DNA of 64,000 nucleotides, taken from a virus. Lineage: Duplodnaviria > Caudoviricetes. The position numbers were made by a program, and so were the translations under genes. The notes beneath the pieces are model-generated. The model saw only the letters and a program-made list of their open reading frames with translations. It was not told the DNA's origin and did not search any database. The stretch spans positions 32,001 to 96,000 of IMG/VR virus record IMGVR_UViG_3300030376_007544; one strand, 5' to 3'. Shown here one piece after another: positions 26,676-36,095 of this stretch. The number at the start of each line of letters is the position of its first letter. Position 1 is the first letter of the stretch.

Positions 26676-27014
26676 TTAAGAAATTTTAACTTGCCTATTA
26701 AGTAAGGTAACTTTACGAGCTTTTTTAACTGGCTCTCCGTTATCCTTGCGAAAGAAATGACCAGCCTTGTACGGATTGTAAGAGACATCTATTGTCGTGT
26801 CTAATTCCTCATCTGTGAGTGTTCCGATTACAAAGGCGTGGACATTCTTCCTGCCTTCCTTTAGCACCCTTCTACGGCCAGCCTCACTCACTCTAAACTC
26901 AACGTCTGTCAGGTTTAGTGAGTCAGCATAGTCAGTAACCCTCCACCCCTTCGGGGTTTTGGTTTGAATACTAAATGTATGTTTATGTAAGTTGTAATAA
27001 ACTTTTACTTTCAT
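26676..27014 (-). CDS. hypothetical phage protein, leaderless
   Basis: VYYNLHK...RKNVHAFV...YNPYK. Confidence 0.8.
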   Translation of the reverse strand: MKVKVYYNLHKHTFSIQTKTPKGWRVTDYADSLNLTDVEFRVSEAGRRRVLKEGRKNVHAFVIGTLTDEELDTTIDVSYNPYKAGHFFRKDNGEPVKKARKVTLLNRQVKIS

Positions 27015-27107
27015 GTGTTCCACTGTAGCAGGTCTTGAATACCATTGCAAGTAAATCTTAAATAAAAATTACTTGACAACTGAAACAAAGTATGTCATAC
27101 TGTTCTT

Positions 27108-27389
27108 ATGAATAAATTAAACAACTACCAAATAGGCATCATGATGCTGGCAAACAAGATAGGAATTGACTACTGGGACATAGATCATGGAAGGATTCGC
27201 AAGTTCATTAAGAGCGAAACGAAACCTTGCAGTAGGTTCTGGTTCGGCTCCCCTTGTAAGTTTATTAGAAGACTGGACCTGCTGGTCCACGTTTACCTAC
27301 CAAGTTCTATTGAGGAAAAGTATCCTGAATTAGCTTTTTACTTACGTTCTACTTCTCCAAGATGGGGAAGAAATTGGCGTAATTGGTAA
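27108..27389 (+). CDS. hypothetical protein, paralogue of 11460-11732
   Basis: Shared motifs; leaderless start. Confidence 0.8.
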   Translation: MNKLNNYQIGIMMLANKIGIDYWDIDHGRIRKFIKSETKPCSRFWFGSPCKFIRRLDLLVHVYLPSSIEEKYPELAFYLRSTSPRWGRNWRNW

Positions 27390-27470
27390 AAATCTTAAAT
27401 AAGACTTGACAAGCCAGAAAACTTGTGCTAATAATTGTATTAACAACGAACAGGATCAAGGAGGTCCAAA

Positions 27471-27638
27471 ATGAATACCGATAAATGCCCACGATGTGGG
27501 ATAAATGAATTAACAGAATATCCGGCTCTTAGTCGGACAGACAATGAAACTGACATATGCAGTGAGTGTGGAGTCTTTGAAGCAGTCGAGCAATGGGCAG
27601 GTTCACTAACACCTAAAGGAGCGTGGCAACATGCCTAA
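27471..27638 (+). CDS. 55-aa Zn-finger protein
   Basis: CPRC...ALSRTDN..ICSEC; GGAGG RBS. Confidence 0.7.
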   Translation: MNTDKCPRCGINELTEYPALSRTDNETDICSECGVFEAVEQWAGSLTPKGAWQHA

Positions 27639-27948
27639 TCTAAACGTAGAATTAACAGAACAAGAGTGGGAGCAAGTTAGCGCTGCTATTGACTCGCACT
27701 TAAATCAGATGGAAGAACATAATGATCTTATGAATCCTGATGATGCTTATCCAGAAGCAACTGATGACATGATGGCATTAACTTGCGCACGAGAGAGAAT
27801 CCATAGAAACCTTAGCCCAACTTTTGCGGAAGCATGGGTAAAGGAAGGAATCGAGCGAGGCTTTCTTGACATAGATGGTGGCATACAGTTCTTAACTGGA
27901 GAGGCTGGTCCTAACCACGAAGATTGGGATCAGGACAGAAAATCTTAA
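27631..27948 (+). CDS. acidic hypothetical protein
   Basis: AAGGAG RBS; overlaps the upstream stop. Confidence 0.7.
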   Translation: MPNLNVELTEQEWEQVSAAIDSHLNQMEEHNDLMNPDDAYPEATDDMMALTCARERIHRNLSPTFAEAWVKEGIERGFLDIDGGIQFLTGEAGPNHEDWDQDRKS

Positions 27949-28040
27949 TTAAAACTTGACACATATAAAAAACTATGCTAAAGTTTACTTATCAAGTAAA
28001 TCGCTTGATAATAACACCGACCTAATGGAGGTCCAAAAAT

Positions 28041-28943
28041 ATGGCACATATGCTAACTAGAAATAAAACATGGGATCAGGGCTTATCGGCCACTGATGCT
28101 GCGTTAGATGCTGATGCTCTCTTTGAGCCACAACTAACAGGTACTATTCTTCCTAACGGAACTGTAGATGATTCGTCATTTACTATTTACCGTGATATGG
28201 CAGACGGTACTCAAGTTGTTCTCAATGCTGGCGTTAAAGAAGGCTACTATGCTGGATCATACCAATCACTTCTGAACACGGCTGAGGCCATGTTCCCTGA
28301 AAGTGTTACTGGTATGCAGACATGGGATAATGGTGCAGTTCTAGTGTTCACTCAAGATATAGAAGATACATTCTCTTTCGGTGACGGTGACTCTTTAACT
28401 AAACACATTATGTACACTGCTAGTCTTAACAGCACCTACAAAACAAAAGCAATCGGTTTTACGTTCCGACCTTTCTGTACTAACCAAGAGGGACAAGGTA
28501 CTCTCCAAATTGCACAGAAGCGAACTCGTAACCACGATGGCTTACTGTTCCAAAAAGCTCAGATAATGTCAAGTTATGCTGATGCTTTTGATAGGTTCAT
28601 CACCAATGCAACTATGCTCAAAGGTTTACCGATGACCAGTGGTCTACGGAACACAATCCTTGACGAAGTTGCTCCACTGTTGGACTTTGATCCAGACGCT
28701 AACACGAAAGCAATAAATGCTGCGCAGAAGCGTCGTGATGGAATCATGTACTACTACGAGGAAGAAGCAAATACCTTCGGGCATAACGCTTACTCTCTCT
28801 ATCAAGCAGTACAGTCTTACGAGTACCACATCGGTACTAAAGGTAAGAGCAAACAACTGAAACAAGTTAATGTTGTATCCGATCCGGCAAAGGCTCAAAG
28901 CCTTACCATTCGGACTGGCGACATGCTACTTGCGTCAGTCTAA
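28041..28943 (+). CDS. DUF932-like phage/plasmid protein
   Basis: R-x-x-CTN motif; C-terminal AYSLYQAVQSYExH; typical size. Confidence 0.65.
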   Translation: MAHMLTRNKTWDQGLSATDAALDADALFEPQLTGTILPNGTVDDSSFTIYRDMADGTQVVLNAGVKEGYYAGSYQSLLNTAEAMFPESVTGMQTWDNGAVLVFTQDIEDTFSFGDGDSLTKHIMYTASLNSTYKTKAIGFTFRPFCTNQEGQGTLQIAQKRTRNHDGLLFQKAQIMSSYADAFDRFITNATMLKGLPMTSGLRNTILDEVAPLLDFDPDANTKAINAAQKRRDGIMYYYEEEANTFGHNAYSLYQAVQSYEYHIGTKGKSKQLKQVNVVSDPAKAQSLTIRTGDMLLASV

Positions 28944-29022
28944 AGTTTGGGGGAGGGGCTTGACAGAGCCTCTCCCCTATGCTAAAGTCAAAATATTAAC
29001 TAACAATTTTACAGGAGGTAAA

Positions 29023-29475
29023 ATGAAAAAACCAAACAATGAAAATCAAATAAACCAAGAACAAGAAGCAGATCAAGAACTGGATAACTTCTACGGCTGG
29101 AAAGCCGTGCGAAAAGCTACAGACAAACTTATTGATCTTCGGAAGGAATATAAGCAATATAAAGATCGGGGAAAGAAACAACAGTTTCACGAAGTCCTAG
29201 ATTACATTATTGAAAACTTAGATAATCTTTTTGAATTAGGGCTTGATGATAAAGGCCTTGACATTCATACGCTCGTAGAGGAAGAACTCGTAGAGTTAGA
29301 TGCTTATGAGAAGATATCTTCTGATCCGAGTCCAATAAGTCCAATAGTAGAAACAGATGACCAGTACAACAATCGTGTATTGGACAACATCATAAGCTTT
29401 TTGCAGGAAAACGAACAGTACGGAGATGACTGGGATTCAGAAATCAATGTACTAAATAATTTGAAAAAATCTTAA
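29023..29475 (+). CDS. acidic hypothetical protein
   Basis: AGGAGG RBS before ATG 29023. Confidence 0.7.
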   Translation: MKKPNNENQINQEQEADQELDNFYGWKAVRKATDKLIDLRKEYKQYKDRGKKQQFHEVLDYIIENLDNLFELGLDDKGLDIHTLVEEELVELDAYEKISSDPSPISPIVETDDQYNNRVLDNIISFLQENEQYGDDWDSEINVLNNLKKS

Positions 29476-29556
29476 ACAAGACTTGACAGGGTATAAAAAC
29501 TCTGCTAATGTTTTGTTTGTGGAGGAAAGCCCTCTACAGATGTACTGGAGGTACAT

Positions 29557-29964
29557 ATGAAAACAAAATTGCCAATCGGATCAGGAACTAAAGAAGATGA
29601 ACTCTTTTTTGATGTTCGGATAGATAATCATAGTAATGATATTATCGGAACACTCATTATGAGTTTCACCTACGGTACCAGTGTCCGAAGGTTAAAAGCC
29701 GACATTCGCAGGAATAGTTACGACTTCCAATCATGGGGTTCCGTATCACTATTCTCTGAAAGTGTTGGACAGTGGAATGAACTCCACAAAACTCAAATTG
29801 AGGACTTGCCCATCATGGGATACCGTGACAACGGTGCAGGAACTCAAATACAATCATACTTGGGACAATACAATTACACAGACTACGAGTGGGCTGAACT
29901 CTGCTCTGACATGTGGAATAGTTTAGACTCACTACTAGAAATAGGAAGGAAGGTGTTGCGATAA
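29557..29964 (+). CDS. hypothetical protein
   Basis: GGAGG RBS and promoter. Confidence 0.7.
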   Translation: MKTKLPIGSGTKEDELFFDVRIDNHSNDIIGTLIMSFTYGTSVRRLKADIRRNSYDFQSWGSVSLFSESVGQWNELHKTQIEDLPIMGYRDNGAGTQIQSYLGQYNYTDYEWAELCSDMWNSLDSLLEIGRKVLR

Positions 29965-30452
29965 TGGGAGAGCGAGCAGTAATCTCAATTAATCAAGGCT
30001 ACCTAGATAGCGAAGGACAACCAAAGTCAAGAGGTGTTGTACACTTCTACACACATTGGACAGGAGATAGCGTTTGCGAAATACTTGCAGATGGACTTCA
30101 AAAATGTGTAGACGCTGGTCGTATAGATGACGAGGCGTATGCAAGTCGGATAATTTTTGACACATTAACCAATCCTCGCAGAGTTGTAGAACCTGAACTA
30201 CAGGATCACTATGACACTACTGGATATGGAATTATGATCACGCATGCACCAGCGGACATCGGCTACCCAGCACCATGTGTTTGGTATAACAAAGGCTCGG
30301 AAGAACCAGTTGTACTTTACAACAAGGACTACTGGGGAGATGATCATGCTAACGAGCTCGGTGTTGAAAGCGCCTATACCGTTATGCAGTTCATAAATAA
30401 ATTTAGATTATCTAAAGAAATTTTAGATAAAGACTTGACAGCGATACAATAA
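29964..30452 (+). CDS. hypothetical phage protein
   Basis: YTHWxG...DxxYxxRIIF motif. Confidence 0.75.
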   Translation: MGERAVISINQGYLDSEGQPKSRGVVHFYTHWTGDSVCEILADGLQKCVDAGRIDDEAYASRIIFDTLTNPRRVVEPELQDHYDTTGYGIMITHAPADIGYPAPCVWYNKGSEEPVVLYNKDYWGDDHANELGVESAYTVMQFINKFRLSKEILDKDLTAIQ

Positions 30453-30531
30453 TCTGCTAACGTTGTTGTTGGTGGGGGGAAGTTCCTCCCACCAACCAAA
30501 ACCATAAAGAAATGTACTGGAGGTACACACA

Positions 30532-31251
30532 ATGGAAAATCAAGAGAGAGAGAATTGTTGGGAAACTTACAAACAGATTCTTAACGCAGGAGTGGACAGA
30601 GTAATTCTGTACGGTCCTCCGGGAACTGGTAAGACCTTCTCCGCACTTCATACTCAAAAGAGAGAAGGGCAAGAGTCTCACAGACTTACTTGTACTGACG
30701 ACATGACGAACATGGATGTCACTGGAGGGTTCCTACCATCAGCAGATGGTGGCTTCCAATGGATTGAAGGTGTTGCGATCAAGGCTCGTCGTACTGGAGC
30801 TCGACTCGTAGTAGACGAAATAGATAAGGCAGGTGGTGACGTATTCGCTACGCTCCTAAACATGACTGATTCTGACGGATCGTCTGAATGGGAACACCCA
30901 GTAACTGGAGAAAAAACAACTCCGGCTCCGGGTTATACCGTAGTGATGACAACTAATGTTGAAGTCATTGAAGAACTGCCACAGGCACTGATAGATAGGT
31001 TCCCAGTTCGCTTGCGAATAGATCGCCCTCACCCAGATGCTCTGGCTACATTGCCAATGCACTGGAGAGGCTATGCTGATCGTATGGCTGACGCTGGCGC
31101 AGAGCGTATGTCGCTCCGCTTATTCCAATCCATGAGCAAACTTGCTCAACAGATGGGTGAGGAAAAAGCAGCCAAACTTATCTTAGGAGAACGAGCCACT
31201 GCATTTATTGAAGCAATCAACATTGATAAGTTTCAATCTGTAGAAGGCTAA
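30532..31251 (+). CDS. MoxR/CbbQ-type AAA+ ATPase
   Basis: GPPGTGKT, VDEID, TTN, ALIDRF. Confidence 0.9.
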   Translation: MENQERENCWETYKQILNAGVDRVILYGPPGTGKTFSALHTQKREGQESHRLTCTDDMTNMDVTGGFLPSADGGFQWIEGVAIKARRTGARLVVDEIDKAGGDVFATLLNMTDSDGSSEWEHPVTGEKTTPAPGYTVVMTTNVEVIEELPQALIDRFPVRLRIDRPHPDALATLPMHWRGYADRMADAGAERMSLRLFQSMSKLAQQMGEEKAAKLILGERATAFIEAINIDKFQSVEG

Positions 31252-31460
31252 GATCGTGCCTCCAAGTGGTTAGGTTTTATTTCTTTCGCCTAGCCATCGC
31301 ACAGAGGGAGAGGGGTTTGGTTGGTTACCCTCTCCCTCACAGTCTATAAAAACCAACCACAAAAAATTAGATAAAAGACTTGACAAAAAGCTCAAAGTCT
31401 GCTAAATTTGTTATATCAAGCAAGTCGCTTGATACTAAATAATCCGTAGAGAGGATTACA

Positions 31461-33095
31461 ATGACAAACCATATAATTGAAAAAATTGAAAACAGAAACC
31501 GACCAATGCCAGAGGTGTTCACACGGAGAGATATCCGTAACACTGGTGGCTGGGACGTTGGACGTGCCAGAGCAGTTAGAGGAGAACCCTTTATTACTGT
31601 TTCAGGTCGTATCATGCGAGTACCTTTAGATGACTCTAATCTTGCTAGAAGCATCAGAGGGCATGAGCAAATTCATGTGAAGGTTTCTCCCCAAGACTTA
31701 ACTCCGTACATAAACGAAGTTACTCCAGAGGGAGCAATCCGAGCAGCAGAAGAAGCAAGAGTAAACTTTATTGCGGAATCTTTAGGGTTCCCCATGAAGG
31801 ATATGATTACAGGATCAGAAAAGCATGACGGTGAAGTATTGGTAGCCACCAACTCATGGGCAGAATCAGTCTATGCAGTTGCGGCCTCCATTCACACTGG
31901 TGGGCTTCGTCCTCTACTAACTGGTATGAGGCGTGAGGCTCCAGCATGGGCAGATCAACTAAGAGTCATATCTAAAGAGTTTGTAAAGTTCCAGAAAAAC
32001 CAGATTAGGGAAATCAAAAAGCATTACGCAGGCGTTCAGAGAACGGACGACTCAACTGCTTTCGGTATCTATGGTTCTACTGAATCAGCAGATCAAAACC
32101 CTGAATGGATATCTGGAATGTCTTACACGGTAGAGTTCGCAATGCTCATTGAAGGTATTGCATCTTTACCAGCACCACCAATGGAAATGCCAGAACAAGT
32201 CCAAAGCTCGTCAGATGAATCCGAAGAAGATGAATCAGATGAAGGACAAGAGGAACTGGAAGCCGACGGTGGGCAAGAAGGTGATGGAGAAATATCCGTA
32301 GATCATGAAGCAGGTCTTGACAAAGACACAAAGAAAGATGAACTTTCAGAAGATGCTAAAATGATAGATCGGAAAGATATCCAAAAGCGAGCAAAAGAAG
32401 CATTAAACAGCAGAATTGCTCGCAAAGGTGGACTCGGAAACTGGATACCAGTCAAAGTGGACACTGGATTACCTTTAACCTTAAACGTACAAGGAGCAAT
32501 CGGTAAAAAGCGAGTTGCATCAAACGTAGGTAGAAACCCACGAAGGATACAAAGACTGCTGACTGATCCTGAAAGACGAATCTTTGATAAGAAGGTAAAG
32601 GCTCAAGGAGGCGTAGTGCTGATTGACGTATCAGGCTCCATGTCTTTATCAAAAGATCAGGTAAAAGATATGATGATGGCAGCCCCCGGTTGTACCGTCA
32701 TCGCTTACTCTTGTGGCTGGGATACAGATGACTTTAACACTTTTATCCTCGCTGACAAAGGTAAAGTGTTTGGTGGTTCGCTACCACGATTCTTCAATGG
32801 CAACGGAAACGACTTGCCAGCGATAGAGTACGCTGTTAGCAAACGCCAAACTATAGGAGCGCCAGTTGTATGGATAACTGACGGAATGGTTTACCGACCT
32901 TCCGGTGCAAGTTCCTACGACGAGCGTGAGTGTGCATTGTACGCAAAGAAGTTCAATGTACACATGGAGTATGAACCTGAAGGAGCCATTGAATATCTCA
33001 AAGGCTTGCAGAGGGGACAAAAGCCTAGCCCTAGAATCTTGGAACGCTGGGAAGAAAAACTATCCGGCGTAGTTAAACCAAGTCAAAGGAGTTAA
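31461..33095 (+). CDS. VWA-domain partner of the AAA+ ATPase
   Basis: N-terminal HExxH, acidic linker, MIDAS DVSGS, ITDG. Confidence 0.85.
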   Translation: MTNHIIEKIENRNRPMPEVFTRRDIRNTGGWDVGRARAVRGEPFITVSGRIMRVPLDDSNLARSIRGHEQIHVKVSPQDLTPYINEVTPEGAIRAAEEARVNFIAESLGFPMKDMITGSEKHDGEVLVATNSWAESVYAVAASIHTGGLRPLLTGMRREAPAWADQLRVISKEFVKFQKNQIREIKKHYAGVQRTDDSTAFGIYGSTESADQNPEWISGMSYTVEFAMLIEGIASLPAPPMEMPEQVQSSSDESEEDESDEGQEELEADGGQEGDGEISVDHEAGLDKDTKKDELSEDAKMIDRKDIQKRAKEALNSRIARKGGLGNWIPVKVDTGLPLTLNVQGAIGKKRVASNVGRNPRRIQRLLTDPERRIFDKKVKAQGGVVLIDVSGSMSLSKDQVKDMMMAAPGCTVIAYSCGWDTDDFNTFILADKGKVFGGSLPRFFNGNGNDLPAIEYAVSKRQTIGAPVVWITDGMVYRPSGASSYDERECALYAKKFNVHMEYEPEGAIEYLKGLQRGQKPSPRILERWEEKLSGVVKPSQRS

Positions 33096-33212
33096 GCAAA
33101 AGGGCTGGAGGTGTATCTCTACTACCCTCCAGCCCTAACTCTGAATGGCTAACCCATTAACCGTTCAAATCATTACACTAACAAAAAATTAACTAAACCA
33201 TAGGAGGTTTAA

Positions 33213-33419
33213 ATGGAATACACAATAGAAATAGAAATTAAAAGAGTAGTATCGCTCAATCTAGACGAGGAAGATATCACTTGCCCACAAGAAGCTTTGG
33301 ATAGAGGCGAAGGTATGGTAGATGATATTGACAGTGACTTGTTCTGGGAAGAGACTACTATCAAGGTATTAGACAAAGACGGCCAGCAGGTCGGTATAAA
33401 TCAGGTGGTGACACAATAA
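33213..33419 (+). CDS. small acidic protein
   Basis: AGGAGG RBS. Confidence 0.65.
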   Translation: MEYTIEIEIKRVVSLNLDEEDITCPQEALDRGEGMVDDIDSDLFWEETTIKVLDKDGQQVGINQVVTQ

Positions 33420-33559
33420 TGGCAACATACAACGTAAGTTTTATCCACGAACACGGTATACAAGTGTTCAGAGTTGAAGCAGATGATCCAGAAATGGCGG
33501 AAGCCACAGTAGATATGACACTGGGTACCCTTATTGATATCGAAACGGAGGAGATATAA
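33419..33559 (+). CDS. 46-aa acidic protein
   Basis: TAATG overlaps on both sides. Confidence 0.6.
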   Translation: MATYNVSFIHEHGIQVFRVEADDPEMAEATVDMTLGTLIDIETEEI

Positions 33560-33756
33560 TGCATATGAAATACAACATAGTAGATAATACTGTCAAGTTA
33601 TTCCTTACACAGGAAGATGCTAGGCTGATACATACTGCTTTGAATATCGTGGAGGTTCAAGCGTTAGACAATGATGATGAGATGCATCATTTGACTGCGG
33701 AACTAGAACGAGTTAATCTAAAGATAGTAAATGCAATTCACACAAGCGAGGCCTAA
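33559..33756 (+). CDS. hypothetical protein
   Basis: Translationally coupled ORF. Confidence 0.6.
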   Translation: MHMKYNIVDNTVKLFLTQEDARLIHTALNIVEVQALDNDDEMHHLTAELERVNLKIVNAIHTSEA

Positions 33757-34091
33757 TGGATAATGAAACACTCTTTGATATAGAGAGTCCGCTAGAGGAA
33801 CTGTTTGAATACTGGAAAGATACCTTTAACAAAAGATCATCTACAGTTTTTGACGAGGCTCGGCGCAAAAAGCTCGGTGTTGCATTACGACACTACTCTA
33901 TGGAGGAGTGCAAGCAGGCTATCAAAGGGTGTTCGCTATCTGCATGGCACAACGGACAGAACCCAACCAATAAGAAGTACCACGATCTAAGTCTCATCTT
34001 CCGCAACGCAGAGAAGGTAGAATATTTCTTAGACATCTACGCTACTCACACGAAGGGTGAGGAGGAGATGGAAGAGTGGTTAAATAGTTAG
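33756..34091 (+). CDS. protein resembling the C-terminal domain of phage replication initiators
   Basis: FEYW...RRKKL...YSxEECKQAI...W.GQN...LIFR..KVEYF. Confidence 0.5.
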   Translation: MDNETLFDIESPLEELFEYWKDTFNKRSSTVFDEARRKKLGVALRHYSMEECKQAIKGCSLSAWHNGQNPTNKKYHDLSLIFRNAEKVEYFLDIYATHTKGEEEMEEWLNS

Positions 34092-34108
34092 ATCCTTGTG
34101 TGGGTTCT

Positions 34109-34450
34109 TCAGTGAACACAGATGTCACAAGCATGACAAAACTCGTAGTCTCCAAGTACTTTAACTTGATCAGGATCGTAGTCGCACGGAAAAGGTTCGC
34201 CACAAGGACCTATGAGCTTGCTGGTCCCTTCGACATAACTTCTTAACACATCACTCACCGTAGGTATCGAAGCAACGGGGGGCTTTCTAATGATGCCAAT
34301 GGTGTCCCTAGCGCTCTCCTCTAACTTGTGAGCACAGTACTGGGAAGTACTCATCTCTTCTTTTTGAGCAGCATCAACTAAAAGCTCTTTTAACCAAAAA
34401 GGAACCGAAATGTGCAACTTTGTCAGTTTATTCTTCTGATCCAAAATCAT
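34109..34450 (-). CDS. ribbon-helix-helix-like protein with C-terminal Cys cluster
   Basis: LHISVP..LKELL..AA....MSTSQY; Cys pairs. Confidence 0.55.
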   Translation of the reverse strand: MILDQKNKLTKLHISVPFWLKELLVDAAQKEEMSTSQYCAHKLEESARDTIGIIRKPPVASIPTVSDVLRSYVEGTSKLIGPCGEPFPCDYDPDQVKVLGDYEFCHACDICVH

Positions 34451-34649
34451 CCAAACTTTCCAACCCTGCCTCTTTTAAGGCCATGGTCAAAAGAAGTTCG
34501 GTTATCGTAATATCGTAGCCCTCAGAAATCTCAAGTAAAAGATTCTTTAATTTAGGATCAACCTTAAACGACATTCCAATTTTATGCTCAGAAAGGTCTG
34601 CCTTTTTAGGCGGTCTTCCCGTTCTCATAACGTGAAAAGAATCTCTCAT
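34428..34649 (-). CDS. ribbon-helix-helix-like DNA-binding protein
   Basis: GRPPK, then MSFKVDPKLK..L...ITITELL. Confidence 0.6.
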   Translation of the reverse strand: MRDSFHVMRTGRPPKKADLSEHKIGMSFKVDPKLKNLLLEISEGYDITITELLLTMALKEAGLESLDDFGSEE

Positions 34650-35766
34650 TGTTACACCTCTTTATATATAGTAGCCCGCATACAGCTCGTTTGCAAGCAG
34701 CTCGTTTGTAAGCGGGACTAACCTACCTTTATATTCTATCGGGGCTTCCTAACCTTCTATTCCACCTCAATGGTGTTCCTACGGCAGGCCACAATGTTTC
34801 AGCCATGTTAAAACTACCAAACGTGTCAAAGGACACAGGCTATTTACTAGACAAGAATCTCTAGATGTTATACATTAGATACTGGAGTTAAACGGAAGAG
34901 GTGAAACTAAATGAAAAACTTACGAAAAGCAATCGACAAACAACGGGAAAACTCAAGAAAGCGTCGATTCAATCGACAATTCGATGACATCAACGTCCCC
35001 GAACGTAGAATGTGGACCGATTCTCTCGAAAGAGAACTACTTCGATCCCGCTTCTAAAAGTAAAAGTCGATAAAACTTTCAAAAACGTCAGATTTTTGCC
35101 GCATTTACGGGAAGCCGCGGGCCACTCAGCACGGGGCCCATCCCAAATGTTTGCAAAAGCTGGCGTTTTTTGCATTTTCTAAGAATGCTGATCCACTTCC
35201 TCAGCGGCAATAGCAGCGCAAAACTTTAAAAAACCACAACTTTTCACCATTTTACGGGGCCAACCAGGAGACGGGAGCTCCGGCCCCCAGGAAAGCTCTC
35301 GAAAACTGCACCTTTCTGCAACTTTCTTCAGATTCTTCGAAGAGTAGAAAGTTACCTAAGGTTTTTGACAGGCCAGCTGCAGCTGAGCTGAAAACTTTCA
35401 AAAACTACAACTTTTGGCCGTTTACAAGAAGACCGATCCAGGGTTTCAAGAAAATCCCGCGAAAAGGTTGCAAATGTCTCACCCCCGTGATAGAGTGGAA
35501 CTACGTTAAAAATCACGAAGAAAAACGGGAACGGGTGAAATCCAAAATCCGAAAAAATAAACTTGGCCCTCCCCTGGGCGAAATTAAGTAGAAAACTTAC
35601 CCAGTCTAGAAAGACAATCCATCCCCGCCTCAGAACCCACACCGATAAATTCCGAAGCTCACACCAGCCCGCCAACCACTAACGGGACTAATCCACCAAG
35701 TTTCCTAAGTTCAAAACTAGCTCAATGGCATCCCTATGGTATCCCTACCGCAGGGCAACCGCACCG

Positions 35767-36093
35767 CTAGCGCATTCGAGTACCGCACTTCAGACAAAAC
35801 TCTGACCAAGGATAAACTTGACGATCATCCAACGGATGTGTACAAGAAAAGATTTCACGCCATCTTGTATCAGCCATCTGACGAAGCCACTCAGAAACAG
35901 AACAACTATCTGCTTCAGCAGCTGCCGCCCACTGGTCACGCTGAGTTTCAGAAACCCTAATTAAAACTTGTTTATCACGGGATTCTTCAATTAACTCCTC
36001 AGGTTCGCTAAGCTCTTCAAGCAAAGCTGCCTCAATATTAGATTTCTTCACTTCATCTGAGCGAAGAACTTCCTTCATATACTCAGTAGTCAT
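35767..36093 (-). CDS. ribbon-helix-helix-like protein with Zn finger
   Basis: VLIRVSETQRDQW..AA....SVSEWLR; CTH...CLKC. Confidence 0.6.
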   Translation of the reverse strand: MTTEYMKEVLRSDEVKKSNIEAALLEELSEPEELIEESRDKQVLIRVSETQRDQWAAAAEADSCSVSEWLRQMADTRWREIFSCTHPLDDRQVYPWSEFCLKCGTRMR

Positions 36094-36095
36094 AA

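Larger units (their letters stand above)
25597..31408 (+). promoter_or_regulatory. series of consensus TTGACA-17-(TG)nTAnnnT promoters, roughly one per gene
   Basis: -35 boxes at 25597, 27073, 27406, 27956, 28960, 29483, 30435, 31380, most with AT-rich upstream tracts. Confidence 0.8.
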
